A stretch of 64,000 bases of DNA from Eledone cirrhosa. Lineage: Eukaryota. The stretch is from positions 371,752,001-371,816,000 of the forward strand of contig OZ024740.1 of the NCBI GenBank assembly GCA_964016885.1, written 5' to 3'. Below are positions 1 through 15,884 of the stretch, in pieces. The position numbers and the translations under genes were made by a program. The first letter of the stretch is position 1, and each line of letters starts with the position of its first letter. The notes under the pieces were generated by a model. That model was not told where the DNA came from. It worked only from the letters and a program-made list of their open reading frames with translations, and ran no database searches.

Positions 1-1071
1 ATCATTTTATTGCTGACAATCGTTTCTTCCAAACTTTCGTTGTAGTCATCGGAACACTTGCAATGTTTGTACATATAGTTAATCTCCTATTCAATTGAAC
101 AATCATGTAGATACATGGATATTAATGCTGTCAACAACAGTTTCGTATTTACAGAGTGGAATGGATACGACATATATTACAAGAGAATTGTACAATAATT
201 AAAATCAAAAAGCACAGAGTGGAATGCATGCGATAGATATCACAAGGGAATAGTATAATAATTAAAGAGGCATTAAGGAGAAAAGTTACTCGTAAAACAA
301 GGACACCAGCAGTACATATGCAAGCGTGTAGAGAGTGCAAATGCGTTAGGCATATATAGGCAGGAGACAAGCAATGGTACTAGGCATATATAATTACTGT
401 ATGGCAAAAGTATCACATAAAATAACATAGGTTTACAAGCATATCAATCAAGCAAAGGTCTTTGTGTATTAAAATTACGAGTTTATGGTGGATGTAATGC
501 GATGATTGTTTCTGTAATGTTCAAATGTGTATGTGTTCAGTGTATCAATGTTATTGCTGTCTTTTCCATTACATTGGTTACATTTTATTTTAGTGAATGT
601 TTTTAGTTAGTTACAGCTATGGATTGTATATTGGTCCTATTGTTTCGAGTTGTTCTATAGCGATTCTTCTAACGGTTTAATTTCCGGAAGTGAGTTTGAG
701 ATCTATATTAAGGAGAGCTAATGCGAAAGGGGAGGTAACTAGCGATTAAATTGTGTATGAAAGTAAAATGATGGAAAAAATGTATAGTTGTTTACAGTTT
801 CAATTAGTTAAATTCTTTGTGCTAATATACATTATATTGTGTTACAAGTAAATACCTTTTATATAACGTTATTTATTTATATTTAATTTTAAATACAGTC
901 TATTTTCCTATAATACATTAAAGGTCTCATTATATTGTTATCTATCTATTACTGAATAAAATATAAGTAAGCTATAGAAAAAATGTATAGTTGTTTACAG
1001 GTTCAATTAGTTAAATCTCTTGTGTTATTAATATACATTACATTATGTTATAAGTGAATCCCTTATATATA

Positions 1072-1210
1072 ATTATTTCTACTTTTGGCACAAGGCTAGC
1101 AATTACCCAGTGCATTACTGGTACTTTATTTTATCGACCCCGTAAGGATGAAAGGTAAAGTTAACCTCGGCGGGATTTGAACTCAGAATGGTAAGGGCCG
1201 TAACTCCATG
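1072..1210 (-). mobile_element. tRNA-derived SINE with Nin/Deu-like central domain, interrupting the second copy of a ~200-bp local duplication (775/977)
   Basis: Minus strand reads B-box-like GAGTTCAAATCCCGCCGAGG, then CCTTTCATCCTTACGGGGTCGATAAAATAAAGTACCAG; the same sequence recurs many times in the window. Confidence 0.75.
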
Positions 1211-1522
1211 TTTAATTATAAATATAATTTATTTTCCTATAATAGATTAAATGTCTCATCATATTATTATCTATCCATTACTGAGTATAATATAAGTAAG
1301 TTATAGTAGTTATATTATATGGTGGTAACTTTAGGTTTATTTCTAATAGTTATTGAAGAGTATAAGGTTTGAGATAAATAGGAGTTAGGTAGAGGAATGA
1401 GCTGATCATAGAGTGTGATGCTATGGGGGTAATTATATGCTGATAAGACCTAGAGGTGAAGTGTTAATGGTGGTGACGAATTCAGATCTGGCATTGTTAT
1501 ATACTAGCAGCTAGGTTTAAAG

Positions 1523-3940
1523 TTATGGAAAGAGTGTCGGTGGTAGTGCTGGCACATGGAAAAAACCTGATTTTCTATTTAGGAGGTCTAGTTTCGAATA
1601 GATTATAGTGCGGGTCTCTAGAAGACAGAGGTTACACAATTTATTCAGTAGTTTATACGATGCGGCCCTATCTATTACTTCCCATTGAAGTGTATATGGT
1701 CTATTCCTAGTTTTCAGAGAGTGAATGTAGCCAGATAAAGGTGTGGAGTTGGCTAGATTGCGATTTTTGAAAGTGTGGAGATGCAAGTTATACGTCGCCT
1801 TGAAGCAGTTCGAAGTTGAACCGATATATGTTTTAGAAGAGTTGTTTGTGTTGACCTGTGCATGAGTAAATGATGTCTTTGATTAAAAAATTTCTACCTA
1901 AGGGGCAAGTTATATTTGTTCTACAGTTACAGTTATTCTGGTTGTTTGCTAGCTGGTTACTATCTTGTGTAGATGCCTGGTTGTTAGCGTTAGCATTAGT
2001 GTAATGATGGTTGTCGTTCCCATTGTTATTAATTAGTGCTATTACCATTATTATTATTGCTACTAGATTTTTCTGGTACTATGTTGCTCTGTAAGTTTAC
2101 CCCCTGTTGTGATTTAATTAGTTGGAAATAATTATTAATCTTCCTTTTATTACTACTAGCTATATGGTATGCGATGTTAGGAGTCGTAGAGTAGGAGATT
2201 TTAATGGTATTTTTATTGATAAGATTATGGTATTTGTGGCCGGCTGGGAAGTTTTTTTCCAGGATTGAGAAGAAAGGCCTAGGAAAGTTGGTAGAGACGT
2301 TTAGATTGAAAGGGGGATTGAAGAATGTATTAGTTCTTCTATTTTTGTTTTTTGTAATGTTATTTGAAGTATTGGTTGTTTATATTATTATTGTGGTGTT
2401 TATTCTGGTGCGAGTTAAGTTTGATTTACCCTTCGTATTAGAGTTAGAGTGGCTAGTACTTATATTATTTTTCCTCATGTGAGAAATAATGTTGTAACTA
2501 TGTGATTTTATAGGTAGAAATTTAATCTCATTTTTATGGCCTGATTTAGCTAAGGCCTCATTATAGTATTGGGAATTATTGTTAAATATGGTTTCGTTAA
2601 ATGATAGATTAGAGATTCTATTTGATATTCTTTTAGTAATTGAATTTAATATGGATTTAGGGTGGTTAGAGTTGATGTCTACATGAAGTAGTTTTTCATT
2701 TGGTTTATGAAAGGGTGTATATATTTTAGAGTCCAGGCAAAGGGTAGCATCTCGGAAGTTAACGTTTTTAGTGTTTTTATCTATGGTGATACTTAAGTTG
2801 AAGTTTTTGAAAATTTTATGTAATTGCTTCCTAGTTCTTTCTATATTAATTTTTTTTATAGTCAATAAGAAGTAGTGCATCATCGCGGTATAAACCACCA
2901 TTGAGATAGGGTAGGTTCTCATGAATTTCATTTAATAGATATAAGCCCCACCAAATCAGTGACCTGCGCCGAGTCACTAGATCCCATAGTTATGTCAAAG
3001 TTGTTATGTGCCTCCTTGCGGGTCCATAATTAATCTTCAAATGTAATTATGGTTTTTCGAGCCGCAAGGATGACATCAATTTGGGATCTAGTAAGGTCAC
3101 TATTGTTCATAGCCATAATTAATGCCTTATTTTATAGAATAGGGGAAATAGAGGTCAAGTATCAATTAATATCAAATTACATAAATTTTTTATTTTTATT
3201 CTCTTTAACATCCTTGAACCATTCAATAACTTCACCAGTATTTCCCCACTGGTTAAGATATATTTTGTGCTTAAATTGTGAGATGATTCTATCTAATATT
3301 CTCTTGCTGATATTTCCAATGTTAGATTTTGAAGGGCAAATTAGTCTTATAGAAGGGTTACTATTAAAGTCTATTTTATGGTCTTTCAGAGATAATCTTG
3401 GGGGGGGGGGGGGGTTATAGGTGTATGGCTGTGTATGTCTCTGAAGTCCTAATTTACACACTATACTATGGCCTTCTATATTTATATCTTCTAGGTTTTT
3501 AATATTGGTTTTCTTATAGCTCCTATGTAGTTCTTTATATATAAATTTTCTATATGTATCATAATCTAAACTATATATATTATTAGTTTTATCAGCATGT
3601 ACTATAATTTTTTATTTTAATTAAATCCTTTAATAGTGGAGTTAAGGTTGTTTAAGAAGGTATTGTTTCTGTTATGATGTTTTCTGTACTTTATTAGATC
3701 ATTTTCGAAAGAGTTTAATAAGGTGTTGTGAGGAGGGCTTTTAAAAGTTTTAAAGCCGTAAGAGTCGAACTTGTTTGTATCTCTGTTTCTGTCTGATCGG
3801 TTTCTATCGTAATGGAATATCCTCCATCTCACTCTATTGATGAAAGAGTTGACACTATTAATCAACAATTTTTCGTACGTATCTCTGGATGGTATTGGTA
3901 TGTTCTTAGTAGACATGGGAAGATAATCTTTGATTAGCAT
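1523..3940 (-). pseudogene. Decayed Penelope-like retroelement, RT plus C-terminal GIY-YIG (Hydra-clade-like)
   Basis: Frameshifted ORF pieces contain [79 protein letters not shown] and CNLCLLE. Confidence 0.85.
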
Positions 3941-3999
3941 ACTGGTAATTTAATGTAAATTAATTTAATGCTCAACAGTATGGAGCAGTTAGTAATAAT

Positions 4000-4312
4000 A
4001 ATTGTTTCTACTTTTGTCACAAGGCCAGCAATTACTGGTACTTTATTTTATCGACCCCGTAAGAATGAAAGGCAAAGTTAACATCGGCGGGATTTGAACT
4101 CAGACCGTAAAGAGACGTAACTATGCTGGAAAGCATGGCGTCCGACTCTCTACCGATACTGCCAATCCACCGCAGTTAATAATAATAATTGTTTCTACTT
4201 TTGGCACAAGGCCATCAATTACCCAGTGCATTAATAATAATTGTTTATATTTTAGGCACAAGGCCAGCAAATACCCAGTACATTACTGGTACTTTATTTT
4301 ATCGACCCCAAG
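4000..4312 (-). mobile_element. Cluster of Nin-type SINE copies and fragments
   Basis: Repeated AATTGTTTCTACTTTTGGCACAAGGCCAGCAATTAC...TTTATCGACCCC blocks matching 1072-1210. Confidence 0.7.
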
Positions 4313-4470
4313 GCTATGTATACACTATATACAACTATAAAGAGGAAAGGTCAGCAATTTATTACTACCTTATTACCAGTAAGAAAAATAGCTCAATGTA
4401 AATACATAAGATGTTTTACAGAGCAGGAATATAAATTACACATAATCAAAGTTATGTTCAAATCATTTTA

Positions 4471-5389
<919 letters not shown>

Positions 5390-5681
5390 AAAACAAATAA
5401 CGAAACGAAATTAAATTTCGTTTCGTTTGTAACTCACTTTTGTATGACTGACGCTTAAACAATTAAGTTAAAAATGTACATCCATATATGTATACTGAAA
5501 TACTAGTATGCATATGAATACACACACGTGTACATATGTAGATGTACCGAGTTTTTCACTGGTCAGTTTACTTTGAGTGTCCAGCTATTCTGTATGTAAA
5601 CACACAGACAAACCGGTTTTTAGAGTCATACTGGTTTTTGAGGAAACACCTTTCCTCTATTCTCCAGAAAGCCAGACAAGG

Positions 5682-5726
5682 AATATTGGACTAGTTTCGA
5701 TGTTGTTACATCTCATCAGCAATATT
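5682..5726 (-). ncRNA. Minimal type I hammerhead ribozyme, family 1 (second minus copy at 6148-6192)
   Basis: Sense: AATATTG-CTGATGA-GATGT aaca ACATC-GAAA-CTAG-TC-CAATATT. Confidence 0.9.
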
Positions 5727-6633
5727 TACCTATCTTCCGGCCCTTCTAGAGAATCGTAAAAGCACATATCGTTATAAGCTTTTTCTATGAAAATTAGTAG
5801 TGTGCAGACTAATTTGCATAGAGCGTGAGTACGTACCGGTTCAACGGAGACGATAAAAACAAATAACGAAACGAAATTAAATTTCGTTTCGTTTGTAACT
5901 CACTTTTGTATGACTGACGCTTAAACAATTAAGTTAAAAATGTACATGCATATATGTATACTGAAATACTAGTATGCATATGAATACACACACGTGTACA
6001 TATGTAGATGTACCGAGTTTTTCACTGGTCACTTTACTGTGAGTGTCCAGCTATTCTGTATGTAAACACACAGACAAACCGGTTTTTAGAGTCATACTGG
6101 TTTTTGAGGAAACACCTTTCCTCTATTCTCCAGAAAGCCAGACAAGGAATATTGGACTAGTTTCGATGTTGTTACATCTCATCAGCAATATTTACCTATC
6201 TTCCGGCCCTTCTAGAGAATCGTAAAAGCACATATCGTTATATGCTTTTTCTATGAAAATTAGTAGTGGGCAGACTAATTTGCATAGAGCGTGAGTACGT
6301 ACAGAATAGCTGGACACTCACAGTAAAGTGACCAGTGAAAAACTCGGTACATCTACATATGTACACGTGTGTGTATTCATATGCATACTAGTATTTCAGT
6401 ATACATATATGGATGTACATTTTTAACTTAATTGTTTAAGCGTCAGTCATACAAAAGTGAGTTACAAACGAAACGAAATTTAATTTCGTTTCGTTATTTG
6501 TTTTTATCGTCTCCGTTGAACCAGTACGTACTCACGCTCTATGCAAATTAGTCTGCCCACTACTAATTTTCATAGAAAAAGCATATAACGATATGTGCTT
6601 TTACGATTCTCTAGAAGGGCCGGAAGATAGGTA

Positions 6634-6678
6634 AATATTGCTGATGAGATGTAACAACATCGAAACTAGTCCAATATT
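6634..6678 (+). ncRNA. Minimal type I hammerhead ribozyme, family 1 (further plus copies at 7100-7144 and 7565-7609)
   Basis: 7-bp stem I, CUGAUGA core, 5-bp stem II, GAAA, palindromic ACUAGU stem III, GUC cleavage triplet (cut predicted after 6671). Confidence 0.9.
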
Positions 6679-7841
6679 CCTTGTCTGGCTTTCTGGAGAA
6701 TAGAGGAAAGGTGTTTCCTCAAAAACCAGTATGACTCTAAAAACCGGTTTGTCTGTGTGTTTACATACAGAATAGCTGGACACTCACAGTAAAGTGACCA
6801 GTGAAAAACTCGGTACATCTACATATGTACACGTGTGTGTATTCATATGCATACTAGTATTTCAGTATACATATATGGATGTACATTTTTAACTTAATTG
6901 TTTAAGCGTCAGTCATACAAAAGTGAGTTACAAACGAAACGAAATTTAATTTCGTTTCGTTATTTGTTTTTATCGTCTCCGTTGAACCGGTACGTACTCA
7001 CGCTCTATGCAAATTAGTCTGCCCACTACTAATTTTCATAGAAAAAGCATATAACGATATGTGCTTTTACGATTCTCTAGAAGGGCCGGAAGATAGGTAA
7101 ATATTGCTGATGAGATGTAACAACATCGAAACTAGTCCAATATTCCTTGTCTGGCTTTCTGGAGAATAGAGGAAAGGTGTTTCCTCAAAAACCAGTATGA
7201 CTCTAAAAACCGGTTTGTCTGTGTGTTTACATACAGAATAGCTGGACACTCACAGTAAAGTGACCAGTTAAAACTCGGTACATCTACATATGTACACGTG
7301 TGTGTATTCATATGCATACTAGTATTTCAGTATACATATATGGATGTACATTTTTAACTTAATTGTTTAAGCGTCAGTCATACAAAAGTGAGTTACAAAC
7401 GAAACGAAATTTAATTTCGTTTCGTTATTTGTTTTTATCGTCTCCGTTGAACCGGTACGTACTCACGCTCTATGCAAATTAGTCTGCCCACTACTAATTT
7501 TCATAGAAAAAGCATATAACGATATGTGCTTTTACGATTCTCTAGAAGGGCCGGAAGATAGGTAAATATTGCTGATGAGATGTAACAACATCGAAACTAG
7601 TCCAATATTCCTTGTCTGGCTTTCTGGAGAATAGAGGAAAGGTGTTTCCTCAAAAACCAGTATGACTCTAAAAACCGGTTTGTCTGTGTGTTTACATACA
7701 GAATAGCTGGACACTCACAGTAAAGTGACCAGTGAAAAACTCGGTACATCGACATATGTACACGTGTGTGTATTCATATGCATACTAGTATTTCAGTATA
7801 CATATATGGATGTACATTTTTAACTTTTTATATATATATAC

Positions 7842-8005
<164 letters not shown>

Positions 8006-8116
8006 GTACATATATATATACATATACATATATATATATACATATATATATACATATATGTATATATATATATGTATATATATATGTATATATACATTAT
8101 ATCAGTATATATATTA

Positions 8117-9215
8117 TTTAAATATAAGTTTCTATACGTACATACATATATGTATACAGACGTACGGTAGTATGTATATACATACATACATGCACAAATA
8201 TATATATGTGCGTATGGGTTTACCGAACATTTATTATAATGATCGGTTTGTTTGTAAACAAACGGCCCGAATTATTAGCCGTACGGTGTTCGGCAACCAT
8301 CGTTGCCATTTTGTTCAACACTGAAAAAGGATCGATGAACTAGTTCTAGCTTATTAGCTGTCATCAGCACCGTATACCTTCCTGTCAGTTGATTGAACGT
8401 TTGAAAGTATATACTTTCTTTATGCATATTAACGGCTGAGCAGCCTAATTTGCATATCAAGTGAGTTAGTCGGCCGCGCGTACCGAAAACGATAAATGGT
8501 AAAAATGAAATCTCCTTTCTCACTCTTAGTACTCCTGATACTCAAATATAAGTATTATACGACGTACATACATATATGTATACAGACGTACGGTAGTATG
8601 TATATGCATACATACATGCACATATATATATATATATATATATATGTACGTATGCATTTACCGAACATTTACTATAATGCTCAGTTTTTTGTACATCTGT
8701 ATACATATATGTATGTACGTCGTATAATACTTATATTTAAGTATCAGCCGTACTAAGAGTGAGAAATCAAATTTCATTTTTTTCATTTATCGTTTTCGGT
8801 ACGCCCAGCCGACTAACTCACTTGATATGCAAATTAGGCTGCTCAGCCGTTAATATGCATAAAGAAAGTATATACTTTCAAACGTTCAATCAACTGACAG
8901 GAAGGTATACGGTGCTGATGACAGCTAATAAGCTAAAAACTAGTTCATCTTTCCTTTGTCAGTGTTGAACAAAATGGCACCGATTGTTGCCGAATACTGT
9001 ACGGCTAATAATTCGGGCTGTTTGTTTACAAACAAACCGAGAATTATAATAAATGTTCGTTAAACCCATACGTATTTATATATATGTGTGCATGTATGTA
9101 TGTATATACATACTAACATACGTCTGTATACATATATGTATGTACGTATACATACTTGTATTTAAGTATCAGCCGTACTAAGAGTGAGAAATGAAATTTG
9201 ATTTTTTCCATTTTT
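8117..9215. repeat. Family 2 hammerhead repeat (~425-bp unit) in inverted arrangement; HHRs degenerate at 8333-8372 (-) and 8910-8950 (+)
   Basis: 8250-8520 is the reverse complement of about 8760-9030; AAGTATCAGCCGTACTAAGAGTG recurs at about 8740 and 9164; CUGAUGA-CAGCU aaua AGCU present but GAAA damaged. Confidence 0.8.
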
Positions 9216-9244
9216 TATTTAAATGTTATATATATTTTATTCTG

Positions 9245-11705
9245 GGCAAGACCATGTCTGTGATCAACATTCACTTGAAGCCCTGTAGTGATGGGAAAAG
9301 GGGCGAAAACGGCAGGTGAAAGATGAAGGCGTAGTCCCAATCATGCATGCAGGTGATTCAGGGCTTTGGTCTTCTTATGTTGACCCGGGGACGAAAACAT
9401 CGTTCAACACACATTGATGAGCAAGCAGACTTCTCTAGGGGCAGCACCGTTTGTTCCACAAGGAGAGGAGTCGAGAAAAGGTGGCCTAAACAAAGCTCCT
9501 ATCGCCTCTCCACCCAGTTGGCAAACCACCGTCAACAGGGATCTTCCTATGCGGTCGAAAAACATCAAGGAAGAAAAAGTACACACCCACCTGCAAGGGT
9601 GTGAATGGACTGAAAATCGTATGCTGGAATATGACAACCATGCTATACACAGTCGACAGCAGTCGCCAAGTACGTCGATCTGCTCTAATTGCATACGAGC
9701 TGTCAAGACTGAATGTTGACATCCCTTCTCTTAGTGAAGTCCACTTTCCAGAGGAAGGTAGCCTAGAAGAACATGACGCCGGATACACACTTTACTGGTC
9801 AGGCAAACCAGTAGTAGAGAGATGCCTTTCAGGAGTAAATTTAACGACCAGGAATTCTATCTCTTCAAAGCTTGAAAACCTACCAACAGGTCACTGACCG
9901 CATCATCTCTATGCGAGCCTCCCACTGAGTAATCAACAATATGCCACACTCTTCATTGTATACTGTACTACTCTTCAAGCAGATCCTGCGGAAAAGAACA
10001 AGTTTTATTTTGATCTACACAGTCTCGTACATGGCACCCCTGTTGACGACAATAATCTTTGGTGACTTCAACGCCAAAGTGAGCTGAGATTCTGTGACTT
10101 GCGAGGTAGTACTTAGGAGACATAGCATTGGTAACTGCACATACAATAGTATTTTACTGTTGGATGCTTGCACAGAACATCAACTCGTCATCTCGATCAC
10201 CATCTTCCAGCAGAAGGACAGTTTGAAAACAACCTACTGCAGGTGCATTCTCATTCCAAACACTGGCACCTCATTAATTATATCTTGGTGTGCCGGTGTG
10301 ACCTGAAAGATAATGATATCTTGCATACTAGAGTTATGCACAGTGTGGAATGTCGCACCGACCATCGTCTCATACGCTGCAAACTCATGCTTTCCTTTAA
10401 ATTCAAAACAAAGAATGGAGGGAGGGGCCCCCAGAAAAAGGTTCAAGGTTAGCTGTTTCCAGTCAACTTGAAGATGCTAGCATGCCCACAGAAACATTTT
10501 GGGAACAACTGAAAAATGCCATTCTGCAGACACCCAGAGAAGTACTTGTGTTCACCCAAAGAAGAACAAAGACTTGTTTGATGAAAACAAGGAGGACATT
10601 CAAGAATTGCTGGTGAAGAAGAGATCCACCCACCAGGCTCGCGTAGTTCAACCCTTATGTCCTGTGAAGAAAGCTGCATTCTGCCTCGTATGCATTAACT
10701 TCCAGTGAGGGCTTCGAGAGACTCAGAACAAGTGGTGGACCAACCTCGCAGAGAGAACTTAGTTATGCGCAGATACCAGAACATTTAGGGGCTTTTTACG
10801 AAATCTTAAAGGTGGGGTATGATCCTACATATCATGTCCAGAGTCTTTTGTGGTATGCAGACGGCCAGGCTCTCCTCACAGACAAGGCGTCTATCTTAAA
10901 CCGTTGGTCAGAATATTTCCAGGGCTAACTGCACTATCACAAATCAACAATTCTCTGCATTTCCCAACAACCAGTAAAGGCGAAGCTGGATGGGTTGTCC
11001 ACCATTGAAAAGACCACCACAATCATAGAGCAGCTAATTAATGGCCAAGCAGCAGAAGTCGATGGAATTTTATTTGAGATTTAGAAGCATGGGGGCTCAG
11101 TAGTACACGCGAAACTCCACGAGCTCTTCGTATGTTCCTTGGAACAGGCAAATCTGCCACAAGATCTCAGTGATGCAGTCATCATCATCTTGTACAAAAA
11201 CAAAGGGGAAAAGTCAGACTACTCAAATTACTGAGGGATTACTCTGCACATTGTCGCGGAAAAAATCCTCTCAAAAATGTTGCTAAACAGGATGGTACCT
11301 ACCATCGCAGAAGAACACTTCTCAAAGAGCCAGTGTGGCTTCAGATGTCAATAGGAGCAACACAGGCATGGTGTTTGCTTTTAGGCAGCTCCAAGAGAAG
11401 TGTCGAAATAATTCGGTAAGTGAGCAGAAAAGGAATGTGACAGATCATGGAACCACTTGGCTGTTCCCCAAAGTTCTTGAAAATTGTCTCCAGGTACACG
11501 AAAATCAGCGTGGCCAAGTCAGACTCAGCAGTGATCTCTCAACGGCCTTCCCAATTATCAATGGGGTGAAGCAATGTTGCGCCCTGGAACCGACTCTATT
11601 CACCAGTTTCTGCGGCATGATGCTTAAACAGGCTGCAGAAGATCTTGATGACGAGGACGGAATCTACATCAGATACTGTCATGATGGTAGTCTGTATAAT
11701 CTTGA
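9245..11705 (+). pseudogene. Heavily decayed RTE-clade LINE (APE endonuclease plus partial RT), 3'-truncated
   Basis: Fragments CWNMTTM, RRSALIAYELSRLNVDIPSLSEVH, GYTLYWSG, GDFNAKV, HWHLINYILV, TDHRLIRCKL, RQLQEKC, GVKQCCALEPTLF; many stops and frameshifts. Confidence 0.85.
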
Positions 11706-12258
11706 TATATTTCAAACGTATATCCTTTACCTATATCACTACTAGTGTTGCTGCTACTAATTTAGTCACAAGATAAACAATTTTGGTGAGGGGAACAGTC
11801 AATTAAACCGACCTTAGAACTTGCTTGGTACTTTACCAACATGGAAGGATAAAACAATAATTTATTTTGGTGATATTTGAACAGTGAACATATAGGGTCG
11901 GAGCTAATACCGCAAAACATTTTGTCTGATATCTTACTGCATCTAACAATCCAATAATAAAAGGAAATAAATACTGCAATAACAGTATTTTCACCCGGGA
12001 AATTTTCCTGAATAATTGGATAAGAACAGAAAGCTAACATATAGATTGAAAACATATACGGAAATATGATACTACATATGAATAAAAATAGTGATACTCC
12101 GAATAGAATTACTTTATATTGTCTTATATTTAGTTTGAACTGAACTTTGCCAATTAATTCCAAATTTAATGTAGTACTACTGTAACAAGCCAAGCGATAC
12201 TAATTGCATCGTGCAATGTCTCTCGAATTTTGGATAATTCATATTATACATAATAATG

Positions 12259-12290
<32 letters not shown>

Positions 12291-13790
12291 TATTATTATT
12301 ATTAATTCACATTCAATCATAAAACAACATATTGCAACATTGGACAGGTATCGATTGTCTGACTGGAGGCAACCCAAGTTAAACATTTTCCTAATTTTCA
12401 CTTTTCAAATGTTCACTTGAATGGACGTATATCTGCTATTGCTGTTGTTATCATTGTTTAAGTAGAAATGAGCGATATCATTGTAACAGTTGGATGTCAC
12501 ACAAATGATGAATTCCTGGAAATAATCAAAATTACCTTCTGTCTGATTGTAATCTGAATAAGACTTATATAATATGCAATTTTCTGATGGGCTTTCCAAG
12601 TTCTAGTGCAGAATAGAAAACTTTTACTATCATGTAATTATAGTTCTGCTCTGTCGGAACAAGAATGTTGCAATTATATGTTAAGTCTATCATTCTGCGA
12701 TCGAAATAGTCAGCGTATATTTTCGTCGTGTACTTATGTATGTAAGCAAGCGTATCATATTTTGAATGAGATATTCTGGTATAGACAAATGAATATGTAT
12801 TTGCGGTATCAAATGTTATGACTGGCATATCAGTGTTATGAGATAAATGAAGTAACATAGGAAAAGTTGTAAAGATATATATATATATATATATACGTAT
12901 ATGTAGAGAGAGAGAGATAGAGAGAGAGAGCGAGAGAGGGAGGAATGGGGGATGAAATAAAATCACTGTAGTAGAATATGTTTCATGAAAGAAATGTGTG
13001 TAATTTACAAAAATATGTCTAAAATAACGTCTAGCATTGATACAAGGCCAACAATTTGGAGGGGAATGGTGTAACAGATTCAATCAATTCCAACAAATAC
13101 TCGCACATTTTATAAATACTGGGTGGCGGAAACCACAATGTCAGTTAGAGTAAAGGCTAAGTAGCTTTGAATCCTGTAAGCTTTAACTCCCCTCTTCACT
13201 TACAGACTGCTATATAAAAAAAGTATCAGTAATATCTGTGATCAATTTAATAAACTAAAAAATTACTTTGTGCCTATAAAATCTATAAAATATCGGCCAA
13301 TTAGCCATACCCCGTCAGTATAGTGTTGAAAAAAATGAAGCGAAAGATTGAACGGTGTTCTAGATATGTGGGTGAAATGTTTACAGTTCGTGTTCATTTA
13401 TTTACATTAGTGTATTTCACATGATTTAAGGAACTATCTAATGTTTGATGAGGAGGAGGGGGAGTAGGAAAATATATTGTTTACAGCTCTCCTAAGACCA
13501 GTGGATGTTAAAGAGAAACATCGTCATCTGAAAACTGTAATAATTCTCGGTGTCTGTTAACTGATTCATTGAGATTAGAAAAAATAAAGGATTGAAGCCG
13601 AAAAGCAGAATATTTTTGTGTGATATTTTGCAAAATTTGTAAAGGTCTTTCAATTCCTTTCCGTCTCTTAATCTCTTGAATATTCTCAAAATGACAAAGT
13701 TATAAATACATAACATCGTTTATGAAACTCAAGACAACTTCCCTTATTACATAGGAAAAGAAAGGGAGAATAAGATAAAGAGGGAGAGAA

Positions 13791-13835
<45 letters not shown>

Positions 13836-15884
13836 AAGAAAGAAAATGAGGATGGGAGTTAGAAAGTAATCCTATATGATAAATGATTCCTTCAATAAAA
13901 TTGGCGAAGGAATTAGTGAAAAGAAAAAAAATATTTTTGTTGATTAGAATGACAACTTTAGCTTTAAAAATTCTCCAAGACAAGCAGGAAATAATGAAAT
14001 TTATCAATTTTAAAAGGAAGATTATGTCCAAGAAAAAAATGGAAGAACAAACCGTAACAAACTAATAATAGATTAATGTGTAATCAAATAAAATATTTGA
14101 TTAATGATGATTTATAGGGACATAGCGCTGCAACAGTTTCTTTATCGCGCTAAAATAAGGAGTGATTATATAACAGCAGGTATCATAAAACCGAAACAAC
14201 ATATTTATGAGTTGAATTTGGAGAGAAAATAAAAATGGTCGTTAGAAAACCTGCATTTTATACAGTACACTGAATTTGATACAGATGGAAGCTATAATCA
14301 CTAAAGTATAGAGAAGTTGATGACTTCGGTAAAAAATATGTGTATTCGATTCTTATGACTGGTAATAAAAATATAACTGTTAAGCGAAGAACTACAGGAT
14401 GTAGAAAGGTTTATTTATTTCCCAAGATTATTAGTGAAGTAAGTAAATTGATAAGGATTTATATCATGCTGAGAAATAACCTATCTTTATCTCCCCTGTT
14501 TACTTTAAGAAAAATTTGAATGGAGGTCTCAAATTTAGTGAGAGACGAGTTGGTTATATGTTGCTCATTATTTGATAGGTACTTCATTTTATTGACTTCA
14601 AAAGTTGACATTGGTGGAATATGAAATCAGAATGTAAAGTACCGGTATTCACAATAGCTAAAAGAAGCGCCAAAATGTCTGCGGTATCTAGTTACTGCCT
14701 TTTACAGTCTGAATTGAAATCATGCGGAGGTCAACCATGTCTATCAACTTTGTGGGCTCGATGAAATAAAGTACTGATTCCAATGTCATATTACTATAAA
14801 GCAGAGAAAACAAGACAAGATCCACTGCAATCCAGTATACGACTGGACATTAGATGCCATGTAGTATTTACCTAGATAGGAATTATTTCTTGAGTCTGAT
14901 TTGACCCAAACATTCTGAAAAAGGATGCAAGATGGTCTCATGCATAGATGGAAAACCAATAAATGTGTGTAAGTATATCTATTAAAACACACACACGCAC
15001 ACACACATACAAGCGCGTGCGCACACACGTACACACGCATATATACATGTAAATGAATATGAAGACAGGATACTACTGTTCCATATTTCAATTTATTGAA
15101 TATATTACCGTTATGCGTATTTCCGGATATTCTGTTATATGACATAAATCGGAGAGTCACGCTTTCGTCAGACAGCTTGTTAAAGGCAAACAAACGAATT
15201 ACATAATGTTGATATCATATTGGATCGAAAAAATATTCGATGCATTACATCCGAAGTTGACCGTCTACGTAACGGCCAACAGACATGCGGAAATGTGTAT
15301 AACGGTAGAATATTCAATACATTTCAACATAAGAATATAGCACCTTGTCTTTGTATTCATTCATATATCAATACTTCGTTGTGTACTGGCATTGGAATGG
15401 AACAAATAGTGTAGAATGTTTAATCGTGCTTAAACTGGGAATTAATTGATTAAGGTGATGCACACGACATACAGATAATTGATTAATCATTTAAACAAAG
15501 ACAATGTATACAGACACTCTCACACTCATACACTGACACACACAAACATACATATTTTAGGAGGGTTATGCTGTTGGGTTTCGCTTCAGTTTTATTATTA
15601 GTCAGGTAACCAATCCATTCCACGGTTAGTTTAATAACCGCACGTTTATTCAATTGACATATTTAATTGTCAAATCTCTGTCGTCACACTTTCTAGTCTT
15701 TCTTCTATATGTTTTCTAGTTTCAAGCTTTATTTACACCATCTTGTCTTTGGAGTAAATAAAGCAAAATCAAGACGAGGAGGAGACAAAGAAAATCACGA
15801 ATAGTCATTAAGAACATCACAGAATGTGTGAGGAAAGAGCTTTGGCTGTCTGTCAGTGTATCTATGTCTGTCAGTGTATGTATG

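Noticed and set aside
11-56. Minus-strand HHR-like motif (CCGATGA...GAAA-CGATTG-TC)
   Set aside because: Core U4 is mutated and stem II pairs poorly; it may be a relic and was not counted
11745-15870. Assorted short ORFs
   Set aside because: Low-complexity AT-rich intergenic or intronic sequence with no coding motifs
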